A stretch of 64,000 nt of DNA from Takakia lepidozioides. Taxonomy: Eukaryota > Plantae > Bryophyta. Below, in pieces: positions 1-12,179 of the stretch. The stretch is from positions 33,418,001-33,482,000 of the forward strand of contig CM060734.1 of NCBI GenBank assembly GCA_030704615.1, written 5' to 3'. The notes beneath the pieces were generated by a model, which searched no databases, was not told the DNA's origin, and worked only from the letters and a program-made list of their open reading frames with translations. The number at the start of each line of letters is the position of its first letter. Position 1 is the first letter of the stretch. The position numbers were made by a program, and so were the translations under genes.

Positions 1-12
1 ATCTTTCTCGAG
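1..12 (-). promoter_or_regulatory. Candidate self-priming primer-binding site directly after B1
   Basis: The minus strand reads CTCGAGAAAGAT immediately after the terminal CA of B1. This is exactly complementary to ATCTTTCTCGAG inside repeat B (29342-29353; 178-189 in B1). The window edge hides its full length. Confidence 0.5.
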
Positions 13-339
13 TGATAAAGAGGAAGAATACAAGCACAAGCTCATGCGAGCTCACAAAGCTGAAGCATAAACTCATGCATATATAATCTCATCACTCAAA
101 TACAAGTCAAGCCAAGTGCACCCCATGCCATGGGGAATCCACACTACGGCGCCATAGCTAGGCGCGGTGAGGCTCAACTCGAGAAAGATGAGCCTCCCGC
201 GCTTGCCGTGAAGATAACCACTCCAGGGCCTAAATCTGCCTTGACCCCTGGATTGACACTTGGGCCAATCCCAAATGTCAATATGTAAAAGCTAGCTATT
301 TCCTAACTAGTTTCACACTAGTGGTAAAATAACTTGACA
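13..339 (-). repeat. Terminal repeat B1 (327 bp, TG...CA), inferred 5' terminus of the DNMT-Gypsy element, now inverted
   Basis: Reverse complement of 29192-29518 with about 3 substitutions seen by eye. Reads TGTCAAG...TTTATCA on the minus strand. Flanked at 340-343 by GATT, the reverse complement of AATC at 29698-29701. Confidence 0.9.
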
Positions 340-788
340 GATTCAAAATGGCATGAAATTTCTGAGATATGCATTGGTGCAAAAGTAATGTTAACTCAAA
401 ATATTAATTTAGAAATTGAAATTAATTTAGAAATTAATGAAATTTAATTTAGAAATTGGTGCTGCCAACGGTTCAATTGGAACATTTACACAAATTCAAG
501 CAACATCAGATCCCCAAACAATTACATCAATATTAGTGCTCCTACATAATTCTGACAATAGTATAATACATCAAAATGAAATTAAATATACTAAAACATC
601 TTTTCCATTGACATTAGCATATGCCATGACTGGTCACAAATCTCAAGGTGCAACAATATCTTCAAATGTAATGATATCAATAAAAGAAGCATTTTCACCA
701 CATTATGCTTTCAAGAGTTACATCTAGATGTCATTTAAAAATAATAAACACTCTAACACCCGATGATTTTGAGCCCATGAAAATCTGA
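340..788 (+). pseudogene. Helitron Pif1-like helicase, C-terminal fragment
   Basis: IGAKVMLTQNINLEIGAANGSIG and FPLTLAYAMTGHKSQGATI Pif1 motifs; AT-rich; small duplications and deletions. Confidence 0.85.
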
Positions 789-803
789 AAAATACGCACA
801 TTA

Positions 804-1012
804 GCTGGTAGCTCAGTTGGTAAGTGCACAGTGTGTCGCCCTGGTGGTTCGGACCCGTTGCCCTGCCTGGTGTGTGGATTGTTCGTGACCGGTGACGTTT
901 CCCACCTGTGCCTAATGGCTTATCTGAAAGGGGGTTAAATTTTCCCCCTCCTCAAGGGCCTGAATTGTGAGCATTCGCTCCCAGGTTTCACAATTTTTTT
1001 TTTAAAAAAAAA
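804..1012 (+). mobile_element. tRNA-derived SINE-like element
   Basis: Pol III A box TAGCTCAGTTGG (809-820) and B box GGTTCGGACCC (846-856), followed by a T/A-rich tail. The 3' segment TCAAGGGCCTGAATTGTGAGC...CTCCCAGGT recurs at ~1094-1129. Confidence 0.6.
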
Positions 1013-1820
1013 CATAATAAATTTTTTTTATGTATTCTCCTCTCACTATCAAAGGGACTGAATAAACCTTTATTATGCACTATCCTCTCACTATCAAGGG
1101 GCCTGATTTGTGAGCTGTCACTCCCAGGTGTTTTCCTTTATTAAAAATAAGGAACTAAGATCGACGATTGAAAATTTCGGGGGAGGATGGAGCTCCGCGT
1201 TTTGCGGAGTGAGGGAGAGCGCCACAACCACCTTCCTGCGACGCCTTCCAAGCTTCTCGCTCAACTTGCAAACCTAAGTCCTACAGCGCCATCCAATCAT
1301 TCTCTCATCATCATCGGTACCCTTCAGGCTCTCCCCAGTACCCAGTCATCAAAAGGATCTATCATGATCCATCACCCCTCGCAATGAAACGATTGCAAAC
1401 CTCACTTCAGCTGCCTACCCGACGAACTTTACCCATTTCATCCTTCAAACAGACAAGATAGCCAGCATTGCAAGGTTCTCCATAATCCCCCTTAATGCTC
1501 AGCCGCCTTCACTCTGAAACATCCCCCAAATATCCTCGGCAATCTATCCACATCCAATCACCTTCAGCCTCCTGCCACCAAATTAAGAGCTACGCCAACC
1601 CCTGAAGGCAGTCACCATGCAGCCGTCACGATCACTAAATTCTCCCCCGTGTTGCCCAACTCGACGCTATCACTGCTCCTCAGCTGATCAGCTCCGAGGC
1701 TTTAACTAATAGCCATCGCTCCTTTCCAAGCTTCCTTATCTAGCTCTGCTACCCGCCCTCATAGCTCTTTCTCCTTACTGCCGCTTCAATTTCCCCATTA
1801 GTTCTCGCTCCCTCCCCGCC

Positions 1821-3875
1821 TTGTCTTTCCGAAGTCCTTCAGTCCACATATCATCTATGGCTCCCCAACTCAACAATTCCTTCAAATCCGCTCTAGCAAG
1901 GCCAGGTCGCTCCTCTTACGTTGACCCAAGGAAATTTCACCCCTCTATAGGCATAGGGTACTTCATGGCTCACCAGTCCCAGTCATTGGACCTCATCCCT
2001 CCTGGGCTCCCCCAGGCCCACCATCCTCCAATTTCGAGCTGGCGTCACGCAACATCTAAACCAGCGCCACCCTGCGACAGCAACGACGAAGGCTCCAGCC
2101 CAAGCGTTTCTCCACAGACGGCCAGAGATGGATTTCTAAATGCTATAGCTACCCTGAGAGACTTGCTTGCCAAAGAGCAGCCCATTGTGGCAGTCGAGCT
2201 GAATCAGATCAAATTCAACGTCGAACATTATGAAAACAATGGGATCCTGCTGCACTTCCCGGGCAAGACAGTGAGCAGATCTCATGCTTGAGAATGGGCC
2301 TTAAGGCACTTAGGTGGATCTGGAGACCTCTTGCATCATTTCTGCCAGCCCAGAGGTCGTGGCTTCTTCTCAGTTCTCCTGGACTCTAAAGAGGCAGCGG
2401 AGAAAGCGTTGGCATTTAATCCTCATCTGCATGGTTTCAACGTCAACATTTTTCGATGGTCTAAAAGCATGGGCATTATAAATGGTAAGATCTGGAGCCC
2501 GCGTACTATATCTCTACCTTACATCCCGGATCAATACTTATCTTGCCTACCAACGATGGAAAACTTCTTTGGAACATTTTTGGGGTGTCTCGCAGTTTTT
2601 GATCCAAACATGAACACAGCTTCATTGAGAGAAGACCCAGCATGGAGGAAGGCCACTATCGCTTCAAGGCCAAATGACAATGGTTTTCCTAAGGTAGTAG
2701 TGATGATGCCAGCGGATAAGATCCTACCAAATTTTATCAGGCTGCCAATGGACGATCAAGGAAATTACTTTTCAGTCAAGGTCTCTGAAGACACAGCTCA
2801 CACATCATGTTATTACTGTGGATTATCTGGTCACCTCAAAGCGAACTGCCCAAAAGCAAAAAGGAAAAGGATGGGTAAGGATCAGGTTGGCCACAGGCAA
2901 TCACAGGAAGGAACAGGCCAGTCACCCCTTTATCAATACCCAGCACTGGTTTCAGACTCCCACTCTCAACCAGTGCCACAACCTTTTAAAAATAGTCCTC
3001 CACCAGCAACATATGTCCAAGCTAGAACTAGCCAAGATCCAAATTATCAGGCTTGGGACTTTGCTGTCAGGCAAATCTCTAACTCCCCTCCTACCAAGAG
3101 AAGGAAAGCGCAACAGGATCCGATGCTAATTGAGGCAAGCACTGCCCCCTGCTTTAGGCTTCCATTCACCAATGGGACATCAACAAAACTTCCAGACGAC
3201 CAGGCACCAAAGGCAACTCAGGCTCGTCATCTTCTAACATCCTCTTGAAGCAGGCCCCACCACCTGCTCCTTTGCCAATGTCAAGTCTGATCTCTTGGGA
3301 AATGGAAATGGCAAAATTACATGGCAAGCATGCCACCATGGGCAACATTCTTCAGGGATTGCCAAGCCAGCAGACCCCTCAGCAGGTCCCTCGGCAGATT
3401 ATATGCCACTCACCAATAGCGCACAACCCGCTCACGGCAAGCACGTGTGCAAGGCTCTACTCCTTCCCCCTACTGCCCCTCAAAGGCTGTCATCTGGAGA
3501 GCATACTCCGAGGCTTTTCCAGGCCTTTGTGATGACCTCACCCCTAACACTCACATTCTGGCTATCATGGATGAAGACTCGCTTCTGGTTTCCACCAGTA
3601 CAACTCTGCCAGGAGTTTGGGTTCAGGAAGATCACTACCAAGGCCCATATACTCAAAGCAAATCCCTGATCAGATCCAATGACACCTTACAGAATGCCTT
3701 CACAGTTCTGCATGCCATCTTCGAAGCTGGAATAGAGGGAAAGAAGGGAGCAAGGAAGAAGCATTGCCTGGCAGGCCTCATCAATCACACCTACGACCCC
3801 TTTGGAGAAATTTCAAACTCCAACTCCTCGGAACTGCAAGTCTCGCAATTACAAACCCAGCAAGCGCCGCATTGA
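1821..3875 (+). pseudogene. LINE ORF1 (CCHC zinc knuckle), disrupted
   Basis: GRGFFSVLLDSKEAAEKAL (RRM-like segment of plant L1 ORF1) and CYYCGLSGHLKANC; broken by stops and frameshifts. Confidence 0.7.
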
Positions 3876-4413
3876 TCCCAACGTCATAGCGATCCTGCAG
3901 TTCAAAACACTCTTCTACCTTCACCAACACCTGCTCTAGCGGCATCCCTCCAGCTCTCTGTGAGTACCCTATCCCCTTCTTGGTCCATTCCTATTTTGTT
4001 CTTCCATGTCAATCCCAAACTCAGTAGCAAATGCAAAATCCTATGTCGTCGTCCTATCCTTTCTCTCCCATCCTCTTGGAAAATCCTACCTTCCATAACC
4101 TACCCTCCCTCGCAAGCTGACTTTGCTCGAATACTAGGGCCTCGCAACCTACCTCTCCAGTCTCTTGTTTCCATTAAGACATCGCTATTGAATACTGGAA
4201 GATTTATACCTTTAAACTGCTCCGGAAGCCCTCTCAATATTTCTCACAGTACCCTGGTCATATTTGTCCACCTCAGTAAACCTATTTACACTGCAACCAT
4301 CAGCCACTTCTGGTCCCCCTCCTTCGTTCCGTCCGACAAGCGAATTAAATTCCGGTTCTTTGCATCCAGACCATCAAATGAGTCAAGTCCCCTCAGCCTA
4401 TTGCCAGCCCTAG

Positions 4414-5498
4414 ATGCAGGTTAGTTTATCCTCATGGAATATCCATGGCCTCGGTTCAGATCAGATGGCTCTTAAAAAAATTAAGCTATCAGCCTGGCTG
4501 AGACCACTTCTCCCCTCTCTCTCTATTGTCTTTCTTCAGGAACACAAGCTATGCGATAGGAAAATTAGGAACCTTACAAACCAGCTCTGGCCTAGGGATT
4601 CAGCCCTGTGGAAACCCTCCTATGAAGGTTCAAGGGGAGGCACAACCATCCTCCTCTCGCCTTCCCTAAAGCAGTTTCTCATTAAAGACGAGGTCTGGGT
4701 GGAAGGGAGAGTGTAGTTCTGCTCTCTCCTCTTTCCCAATGACTCTGAGCCAATTGGCTTTACTAACATTTATGCTCCCAATGAACAAGCTCCTAGAGCC
4801 GCACTTTGGGTTAAAACCCGCTAGCTAATGTCTCTGCATTTCGACATCAGCAGATGGGTCATGGCTGGAGACTTCAACATGGTAGAAAATGAATACGATA
4901 GGAAAGGAAAAGGCCCCCACCACCTAAGCCCTAAGGAAGACTTGGTCTGGCAATGTCTGTTGTAAACTCACAGCCTAGAAGAAATAGATCGTCCGCCGCC
5001 TCATCCCGCGCCGTTCTTCACCTGGACCAACAATAGAGATGTCCACGATCTTAGCATGGCTAGACTTGATAGATTTCATTAAGGGCCAAGGCTTCATGCC
5101 AGAATCCATGAACCAAGGCATCATTACCCTGCTCTACAAGAAAGGGGATAGGGCATCGCTCAGCAATTACAGGCTAATCACTCTCCTCAACGTTGCATAC
5201 AAGATTATAGCCAAGACTCTAGCTCTGAGGCTTCAGCCCCTGCTCCCCTCCATGATCAGGACGGGACAAGCTGGCTATGTTAAAGGCAGGTTCATTCTAA
5301 ACAATGTTCTTCTGGCCAAGGAGGCTTCGGCTTATGTAGCCAGCTCTGGCCAGGCACTGGCTCTCTGGTTATTAGACTTCGAAAAAGCCTTTGACAGAGT
5401 AGACTGGGCCTTTTCTCATGGCGATTCTTAAGAAGTCAGGTCTTCCCCCCAGCTTCTGTCAATGGGTGCAAATCCTGCTGCAAGGATCCACCACTGCA
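4414..5498 (+). pseudogene. LINE ORF2: APE endonuclease joined by deletion to the RT N-terminal part
   Basis: SWNIHGLG, FLQEHKL, NIYAPN, GDFN, FTW, RLDRF, then directly GIITLLYKKGD...NYRLITLLNVAYKIIAK...LLDFEKAFDRVDW. Confidence 0.9.
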
Positions 5499-5969
5499 GG
5501 TAATTCCAGAGCACCTTGATGGTTTCAGATTGTGTACATGCATGAGCAAGCACGATTGGGAAGAGGACCAATCAAGAGCACGTTATAGTGGCTTTGGTGG
5601 CAAATCTGAGAACTAGCCTTGGGAATGCGAGCTTTCATTGTGTGAAGGATTGCAAGACCAAGCGAAAGGGCTAATTTGGCTTGGGGCATATCAGTGCACT
5701 TTGTGGAGTATGTTGAGATTGGGTTTTAATCTCGAGCTTCAGCATTGAGAGGGCTCTTGTCATGGCAAGAGCAGGGCTGGAACAGGAGCTAAGAGGTGCG
5801 GCAAGACAATGGAATGTGCACCTAGGGTTTCAGAGCTTGGAAGAAGAGCTCTTGCACCACAAGAGGAGTGTCTTGTGGCTGGAAATGTAAGCCTTAGGGT
5901 TTCAGGAGCTTGGCAAAGGTTGTGGAGTGCTTAGTCTTGTCTTAGAGAGCATCAATGAGCCAAGGAGCC

Positions 5970-6340
5970 AAGATAGGGGCTGATACCTCTTGTGTGAAGA
6001 GGTTGCATGTGTAGCTCATTGAAGCTTCCATCTTCAAGCTTGTAGGGCAAGCAATGAAGAGGAAAGGGCTGACTTCCCTTATGTGAGGGCAATGCATGTG
6101 TGGAGCATGTTTTCAGCCTGTTGAAGGCTTGTATTTTCAGGTTGGTGGGTGCAAGAAAGGAAGCAAAGGGGCTGATTCTCTTGTGGTGAGAGTGGGGCAT
6201 GTGTGAGGCATGCCTTCAGCCCATTGGGCTTTTGTTTTCAAGCTTTAGAGAACTAGAAGAGAAGGTAAGGGGCTGATCTGCTCTTATGTGACAGTCCGAC
6301 ACTTGTAGAGCGTGTTCTTAGTTAGGGTTTCAACCTCAAG
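5970..6340 (+). repeat. Degenerate ~90-105 bp tandem repeat, about 4 units
   Basis: Recurrent GGGCTGA...CTT(G/A)TG...GCATGT...TTCAGC...AAGCTT pattern starting near 5975, 6065, 6167 and 6268. Confidence 0.55.
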
Positions 6341-6714
6341 CCTAGATAGAGCATGGCTCTCGAAGTGGCAGATGTAGGGGGCTGGAATAGGCTCTAAAAT
6401 AGATGTTATGGCCAAGGAAAACGCTTGAATGAGTGCTCACAAGGGCTGGAAACCAGCAAGGCTTGGTTGTTTGCCATTGAGTTTAGTGGCGTGTTTGGGA
6501 GTCTAAGTGAGAAAGAAGGCTTGGTTTGCGGCAACCATCTTCCTCATGGCTTAGGGCTACTATTGTGGTGTGTGGGAGCCGAAAGAGCAAGAATACCTTG
6601 CTGATTTCTTCACGCCGCCATAGCTCGGTGCAAAAAATCCTAGAGTCCAAGAGACACAAACCCTAGCTTGGCTAAACCCCTTGGAGAAATGGCTAACTGC
6701 CATGATGGCCATGG

Positions 6715-7205
6715 ATGGGGCTGTGAGGGCTTTGACAGGCTGTTGCCTTGTGGCCTGTGGGGCTGTGACGGGCTGTGAGGGGGTGTGAGGGGCTGTGACA
6801 GGCTGTGCCCTGTGGCCTGTGGGGCTGTGACGGGGTGTGAGGGGTTGTGATAGGTTGTGCCCTGTGCCCTGTGACCCCTTTGACCTGTGACTGTGGCTGT
6901 GACCCCTGTGACTTGTGTAGGGCTGTGACAAGCTGTGAAGGGTTGTGAGGGGCTGTGCCTTGTGGCCTGTGGGGCTGTGACGGGCTGTGACGGGCTATGA
7001 CAGGCTGTGGCCTTTGGGGCTGTGACCCCTGTGACCTGTGTTGGGTTGTGACAGGCTGTGAGGGGCTGTGACAGGCTGTGCCTCTCTGCTTCTGTTTGCT
7101 GTTCAAAGGCTGTGGCCCGTGTGGGGCTGTGACGGCTGTGACCAGTGATGTGTGTAGGCCTGTGCTGGTCTGTGGTGGCCCGTGTTGATCTGTGGACGGC
7201 CTGTG
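6715..7205 (-). repeat. CACAGCC/GGCTGTG short-motif array
   Basis: Many imperfect GGCTGTGA(C/G) copies. Confidence 0.9.
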
Positions 7206-8089
7206 CTGACTCGTGGAGGCACTGGTGGACTGCCTAAGGACTGACATGTCTTGAAGGCCAAATTTTGAAGCTCGTGGAGGGCGGTTTTGAGGAGTATCTT
7301 CATGATATTTCCATGGTCATGCAAGTGAGGGAAGAGAGGAGAAAAAAAGTGTTGGGATGAGGGCATGCTGGGGTTAGGCATTGCTTTAGCTTCTCTTCCC
7401 ATAGTTTTTCACCCTCTCATTAGGCCAAGACCTTTCCATAGGTGGAGGCAAGAGTCAGTCTGGGTCTGGGCTGGGGTATCCTTGCAGGAGCAACACCGTG
7501 GAGTTGTTTTGGTATGGGGGAGTTGTTATTCTAATTTCTTGTGTTTGGATCCCCTCCATACCTGTATGCTTGACTGTGCGCCATGTTAGTTTTGTGTGGG
7601 CGCTTGTTTTTATAGGTGATTGGTCCGGATTTGATCACCGGCCAGTCCTAGAGCATGCTGTCGATGGTGAGGCTGGGGTGATGACCAGTCAGACCATCAT
7701 TGTTTCTCCTGTGGTGAGGTTGGAGGTGATGACCAGCCAACCATAGGAGTGCTTGCAGTGGATGCAGGTGCAGGTATAGGCTGTGTTAAGAACCTAGTAT
7801 TCCAAACCATAAGCCGCAACAGGTTCTCTACCCAGTTACCTTGTGGAGAGGGGGTTAGGGACATGTTCATGACCGGTTGAGTAACAGTTTGTCAACACGG
7901 AGGTGCCACTAGTTGCTGTGGACAGTGCCGGTTCGAGCACTAGCGATACTAGTGGGTACACGAGACGAGGTGTGCGGTTTAGGCCACCTTCACCTCTTGT
8001 GTCTTCTACGGAAGGTTCTGATTCGGATTGTGAATCAGGAGGACTCACACCGGCGGTGCAAGTTGTTTCCTTGCCATTGTTGTGGGACA

Positions 8090-9700
8090 CAATGGAGGAG
8101 ATCTATGGAGCTACCAAGGGGCCACGAAGGTACTTTGGGGCAGTGGGCACCATCAAGTTGGATGATTTTATCCAAAAGTTATAGTTGGTGTGATTTGCAG
8201 CAAATGCGCAATCCACAACTATTTACGCCTTTCATGGCATAGAAGGGGTTGTTTCAACACCTTGAGGGGCCGCCTATGGATGATTACCATGAGTTCAGGC
8301 GGGGGCATGAGGTTGAGATTAAGGAGTGGAGGATGTATTGGTCACCCGACTATGTCTCCATCACTAGGGGCACTAGAGCCACGAGGGCAGTGGCTACACA
8401 TGCCGCTGCACCGACAGCTTCAGCAAGCAGCAGTGGGACTAGTGGGACTGGTGATACCGTAGCTACGACGTCCACCCAAGCTACTGCTGCACCAGCACCA
8501 GTGGCGGTGCCTGCCTTTAACCCTGTTGTGGAGTTCTTCGAAGAGTTAAGAGGGAACTGCCAAGGGGTGAGGACAGAGAAGTTGCGGAGCTTGCAAGAGT
8601 TCCAACGGAGCCGACTGAGAGCTTGAGGGAGGCTTTCACTCGCATGAGGCGCTTGATAAATGTAACCCAAGGGGTTACGGAAGCTCAGGCAGTCTAATTC
8701 TGGTATGGGATATTGGACAAAGAGCTGAGGAGAAGGGTGCGGGATGCAACTCTCCTACAAGCGGCCCAACCCACCTTAGCAAATGTGTTTTTGCTGGCAG
8801 AGCGGATAGAGCTCAACATGGTGGAGGAACGAGTGGTCATGGTGGGATTTGCTAAGGAGACACCACAGGGTAGTGGTGCTCCTAGCCAACCACTACCTCA
8901 ACGTGCTCAAGGCAACAAGGGGGCTCAGGTGAAGCTCAGGGAAGGGCAGAGAGGACCTCAGATGCAGGGGTCTCTCCCTTCATTTGCAAGCCAACAACGG
9001 GCGGATGTGGTGTGTTGGACATGTGGAGGACCCCACGTCAAGAAGGATTGTCCAGAGGGAGGCAAAGGCCGGCACATGCACAGCCTGCACAGTTGCAGTG
9101 TGGGCATTGTGGCAAGCACGGGCATGGAGAGGCCCAGTGTTATGGTTTGCATCCCGAGTTGCGCCCAGGCCAGTTCCAAGGGAACAATGGTGGCCGGGGG
9201 CGAGGGGAGCAGCCCAAAGAGGACGAGGTGGCCAGGCACGGGGTGTAGGCCAAGGGCAAGCTCAACATGGCCAAGGACGCGGAGGTCAGGGTGTTGACCA
9301 AGGCATGGCCAACCGGCTTCAGCAGCTAGAGCAGAGGCTCGCTGCCATGGCTACAGCTCAGGTGGTACCGGCTCCAAGGCCGGATGGTCCACCTCCTGCT
9401 CCTGAGGGAGGAGATATGGGAGGCATGGGATTCATGTGCGGAGCAGCACTACCACTAGTGCAGGTGGAGTCTGCTGCAGCCGTGACTCGAGGAGCAGCAC
9501 GAGTTCCTGAGCCACGAGGTGCAGAGGTGGAGTTGGATCCACAGCATGGGGAGGCAAGCCGTCAGGCTAGGCTCCCTCAGTCACATTGGCGGAGACAGTG
9601 TCGACGCCATCCATGGCACCTAGTTCTTGCCCGACTGTTACCGAGGCGGAGGTTACTATGCCATTGGGGAGAGCTACACGGGTAGCACCACTACCTAGTG
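8090..9700 (+). pseudogene. gag of the DNMT-Gypsy, with two zinc knuckles
   Basis: Fragmented ORFs containing CWTCGGPHVKKDC and CGHCGKHGHGEAQC upstream of the protease. Confidence 0.75.
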
Positions 9701-9872
9701 TTGCCAAGGCTACGACAGCTAGTGTGCTGCTGGGAGCGGCCACATTTGTATGTCAGGCTCCATTGTTCTCGGCTACCATGATTGCGACGCCGGGGGTAAG
9801 ACCAGCTGAGGTTTCAGGCTGGCAGCTACACTCTGTGAGAGTGGGGAGGTTATTTCATCTTCTGCGGAGATA

Positions 9873-10661
9873 GTGGGAGGTGTAGTGCCGGAGGGATCCT
9901 CGGATTTGAGGGTGAAGACTGCCACGGCGGCGCCATGGCAAGCTGCAGCTGCCAGGTTGATGGAGCTGCCAGCTAGGCCAGCCATTGAGCGCGCCATGGT
10001 GACACCTGGAGTTGTCATGTTAGACAACCAGGATGACATTTTCTGTTTGAGTGGACCGGTAGGCAAGAGGTACCGACCACTGCGGGTCTTGTTGGACTCG
10101 GGAGCTCAGCCATTGATGCTGGGCAGAGCTGCTATTGCAGGCTTGGGCCTCACAGAGGCGGATATGGAGCCTTGTCCTTTCCAGATACAGACGTCTCTGG
10201 GAGGATCAAAGCAGGCTCGAGGCATGACACGGCGTGAGTTGGCTATCAGACTACAGCCGGATCACCCTACAGATGGCTCAGTGATGCAAGCCAAGGCCAT
10301 TGTGACAGACGCGGTCTCGTACGATGTCCTGGTTGGTGGGGCACCGTTGTACCCCATGGGCTTCACCCTGGACTTTTGGGAAGAGTCAGCTTCCTATAGG
10401 CCTGGATGGCAGTCAGGGGAGGGCCGGCGTGTGCAGCTCCCTGTGACATTCATAGGAGGAGTTGCGGTTGCCCAGCGAGGCAAGATGCCGACACTAGCAG
10501 CATTCACAGCGGCAATGAGTTGGCCTGGAGAGTTGCTTGAGGGCAACGCTCATTTAGAGGATGTGCCACCTCCGGGAGAGCAGAAAGACATGTATGGTAT
10601 GGCGGAGTTGTCTGCCATGGTTGCTCAGACTCCATTGTGGGGTACGAGCAAGGATTTGTAG
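9873..10661 (+). pseudogene. Retropepsin aspartic protease of the DNMT-Gypsy
   Basis: VLLDSGAQ active site and YDVLVG C-terminal motif. Confidence 0.85.
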
Positions 10662-10805
10662 TGGGTTGCTAATCGACGGGTGCAACAAGCCTGGGTGGAG
10701 GCTTTTGTACCATCAGGAGAGGAGGAGAGTGCGGGGATTGCACCAGGACCACCTCAGTTGTCTCCATTGGACACCACACCTATTGTGTGGTAGTATCCGG
10801 ATGAA

Positions 10806-11735
10806 GGCATTTGTCTTCTGGACTTGTTTGGCGGGATCAGCACCGGATTGGCTGCTGTGTTACAGGCAGGTTTACGAGTTCGGCGTTACCTATATGTGGA
10901 GAGAGATGAGACTGCACGACGTGTTTCACTTTGCCATGTTGCTCAGTTGGTGCAGCAATACCCTGAGATGTTGCCGATGTCTGCAGTTCGTGGATATCAG
11001 CAGGCCTTGCCAGCAGACATTTCATTGCTGGGGGCGCAGGATTTGGAGCGAGTTGGCTCCATTGATCTGGTAGTGGCAGGTTGGCCCTGCCAAGGGCATT
11101 CATCAGCCGGGCATGGCAATGGATTGCAAGACTCAAGGTCGGGTCTGTTTTGGGAGATGGTGCGGGTTTTGCGCCACTTGCAGCTTCATCAAGCTATATC
11201 TCTAGCATACATCTTGGAGAATGTGCCACTGATGGGCGATTCTTGGGCCAGGGTGATGGCCAGTGTGCATCAAGTCCGGTCATGGCTTGGGTCAGTAGTG
11301 TTGCTAGATGCAGCTACAGTGGGTCACGGGCTCATCGTCCACGGCTATGGTGGACTAACTTGATGCCACCCGCATTGCTCAAGCGTGCATTTGATGGGGT
11401 GCAGCGGCCAGCACACCTCACAGTGGATAGCATTTTGGACACAAGGAGACAGTCTCAACGTGTGAGACACGATGACCGTTCGCCTTTGGCAGTGGTCAAC
11501 AAGGTGGGTCAACCACGAGCAACATTGCCTACACTGCTCAGCTTCCCAGGATCGCATGCTTTCCGGGATAGTGGACCTGGCCTCCTCTGGGATGCTCAGT
11601 TGCAGCAGTTAATGGAGCCTAATGCTGACGAGCGTGAGTGGGCAATGGGTTTTACCACTAGTACCATGCCGTCTCTTTCTGAGGCATCACGTCGTCAGGT
11701 GTTGGGGCAAGCAATGGATCTCAATTGCTTGACCT
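10806..11735 (+). pseudogene. C5 cytosine DNA methyltransferase domain (Dnmt3-like) inside pol
   Basis: Motif I LDLFGGI, II YVERD, III ADI, IV DLVVAGWPCQG, V SGLFWEMVR, VI YILENV, VIII AHRPRLWWTN, IX EREWAMGF, X RRQVLGQAM. Same frame as the protease, with one frameshift near 11325. Confidence 0.93.
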
Positions 11736-12179
11736 GGATTATCAGCTTGGCTATGGCTGAGCAACACAGAGTGCGGAGTACACTTCCCTCGATGGTCTCT
11801 CTGCCTACCAAGATGGTACAGGCAGTGAGTGGGGGCGAGCATGAGAGGACCACGGGGTGCAGGCATCCATGACACACGTGGGAGGTGCTCGAGGTTCAGA
11901 GGGAGTTGGCAGCTAGGGCGGCGGTGATGGATGAGGTTGGGGATTTTTCTCGGGTTGAGGAAGTCCTTGAGGATGAGATGATGGGGCAGGATGAGGCCTT
12001 GTCATTGACTGAGCAGGCAGGGAGTATTGCTCAAGAGGTTGCAACATAGCAACCACTGGACGCGTCCTCTACCTCTAAGCCCACTGGACTTAAGGTTGCA
12101 GTTACGGAGGACAATTGGGAGCCTGACATTGGACCCATTGTCACCGGAGGAGAGAGACAATGTATACGGCGGTTCCTGA

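Larger units (their letters stand above)
1150..5498 (+). mobile_element. L1/Tx1-like LINE, internally deleted and 3'-truncated (5' boundary approximate)
   Basis: ORF1 with a zinc knuckle, followed by ORF2 with APE endonuclease and the start of RT. Similarity stops abruptly at 5498. Confidence 0.85.

Noticed and set aside
804-880. tRNA gene
   Set aside because: A and B boxes are present but I cannot fold a convincing cloverleaf; it fits a SINE head.
5499-5512. GGTAATTCCAGAGC as an iMet-type PBS
   Set aside because: Only loosely similar to TGGTATCAGAGC and not preceded by an LTR; treated as a probable breakpoint.
10806-11735. Host DNMT3/DRM gene or bacterial restriction-modification methylase
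   Set aside because: Intronless, non-permuted motif order, in frame within pol, and no neighbouring restriction enzyme.
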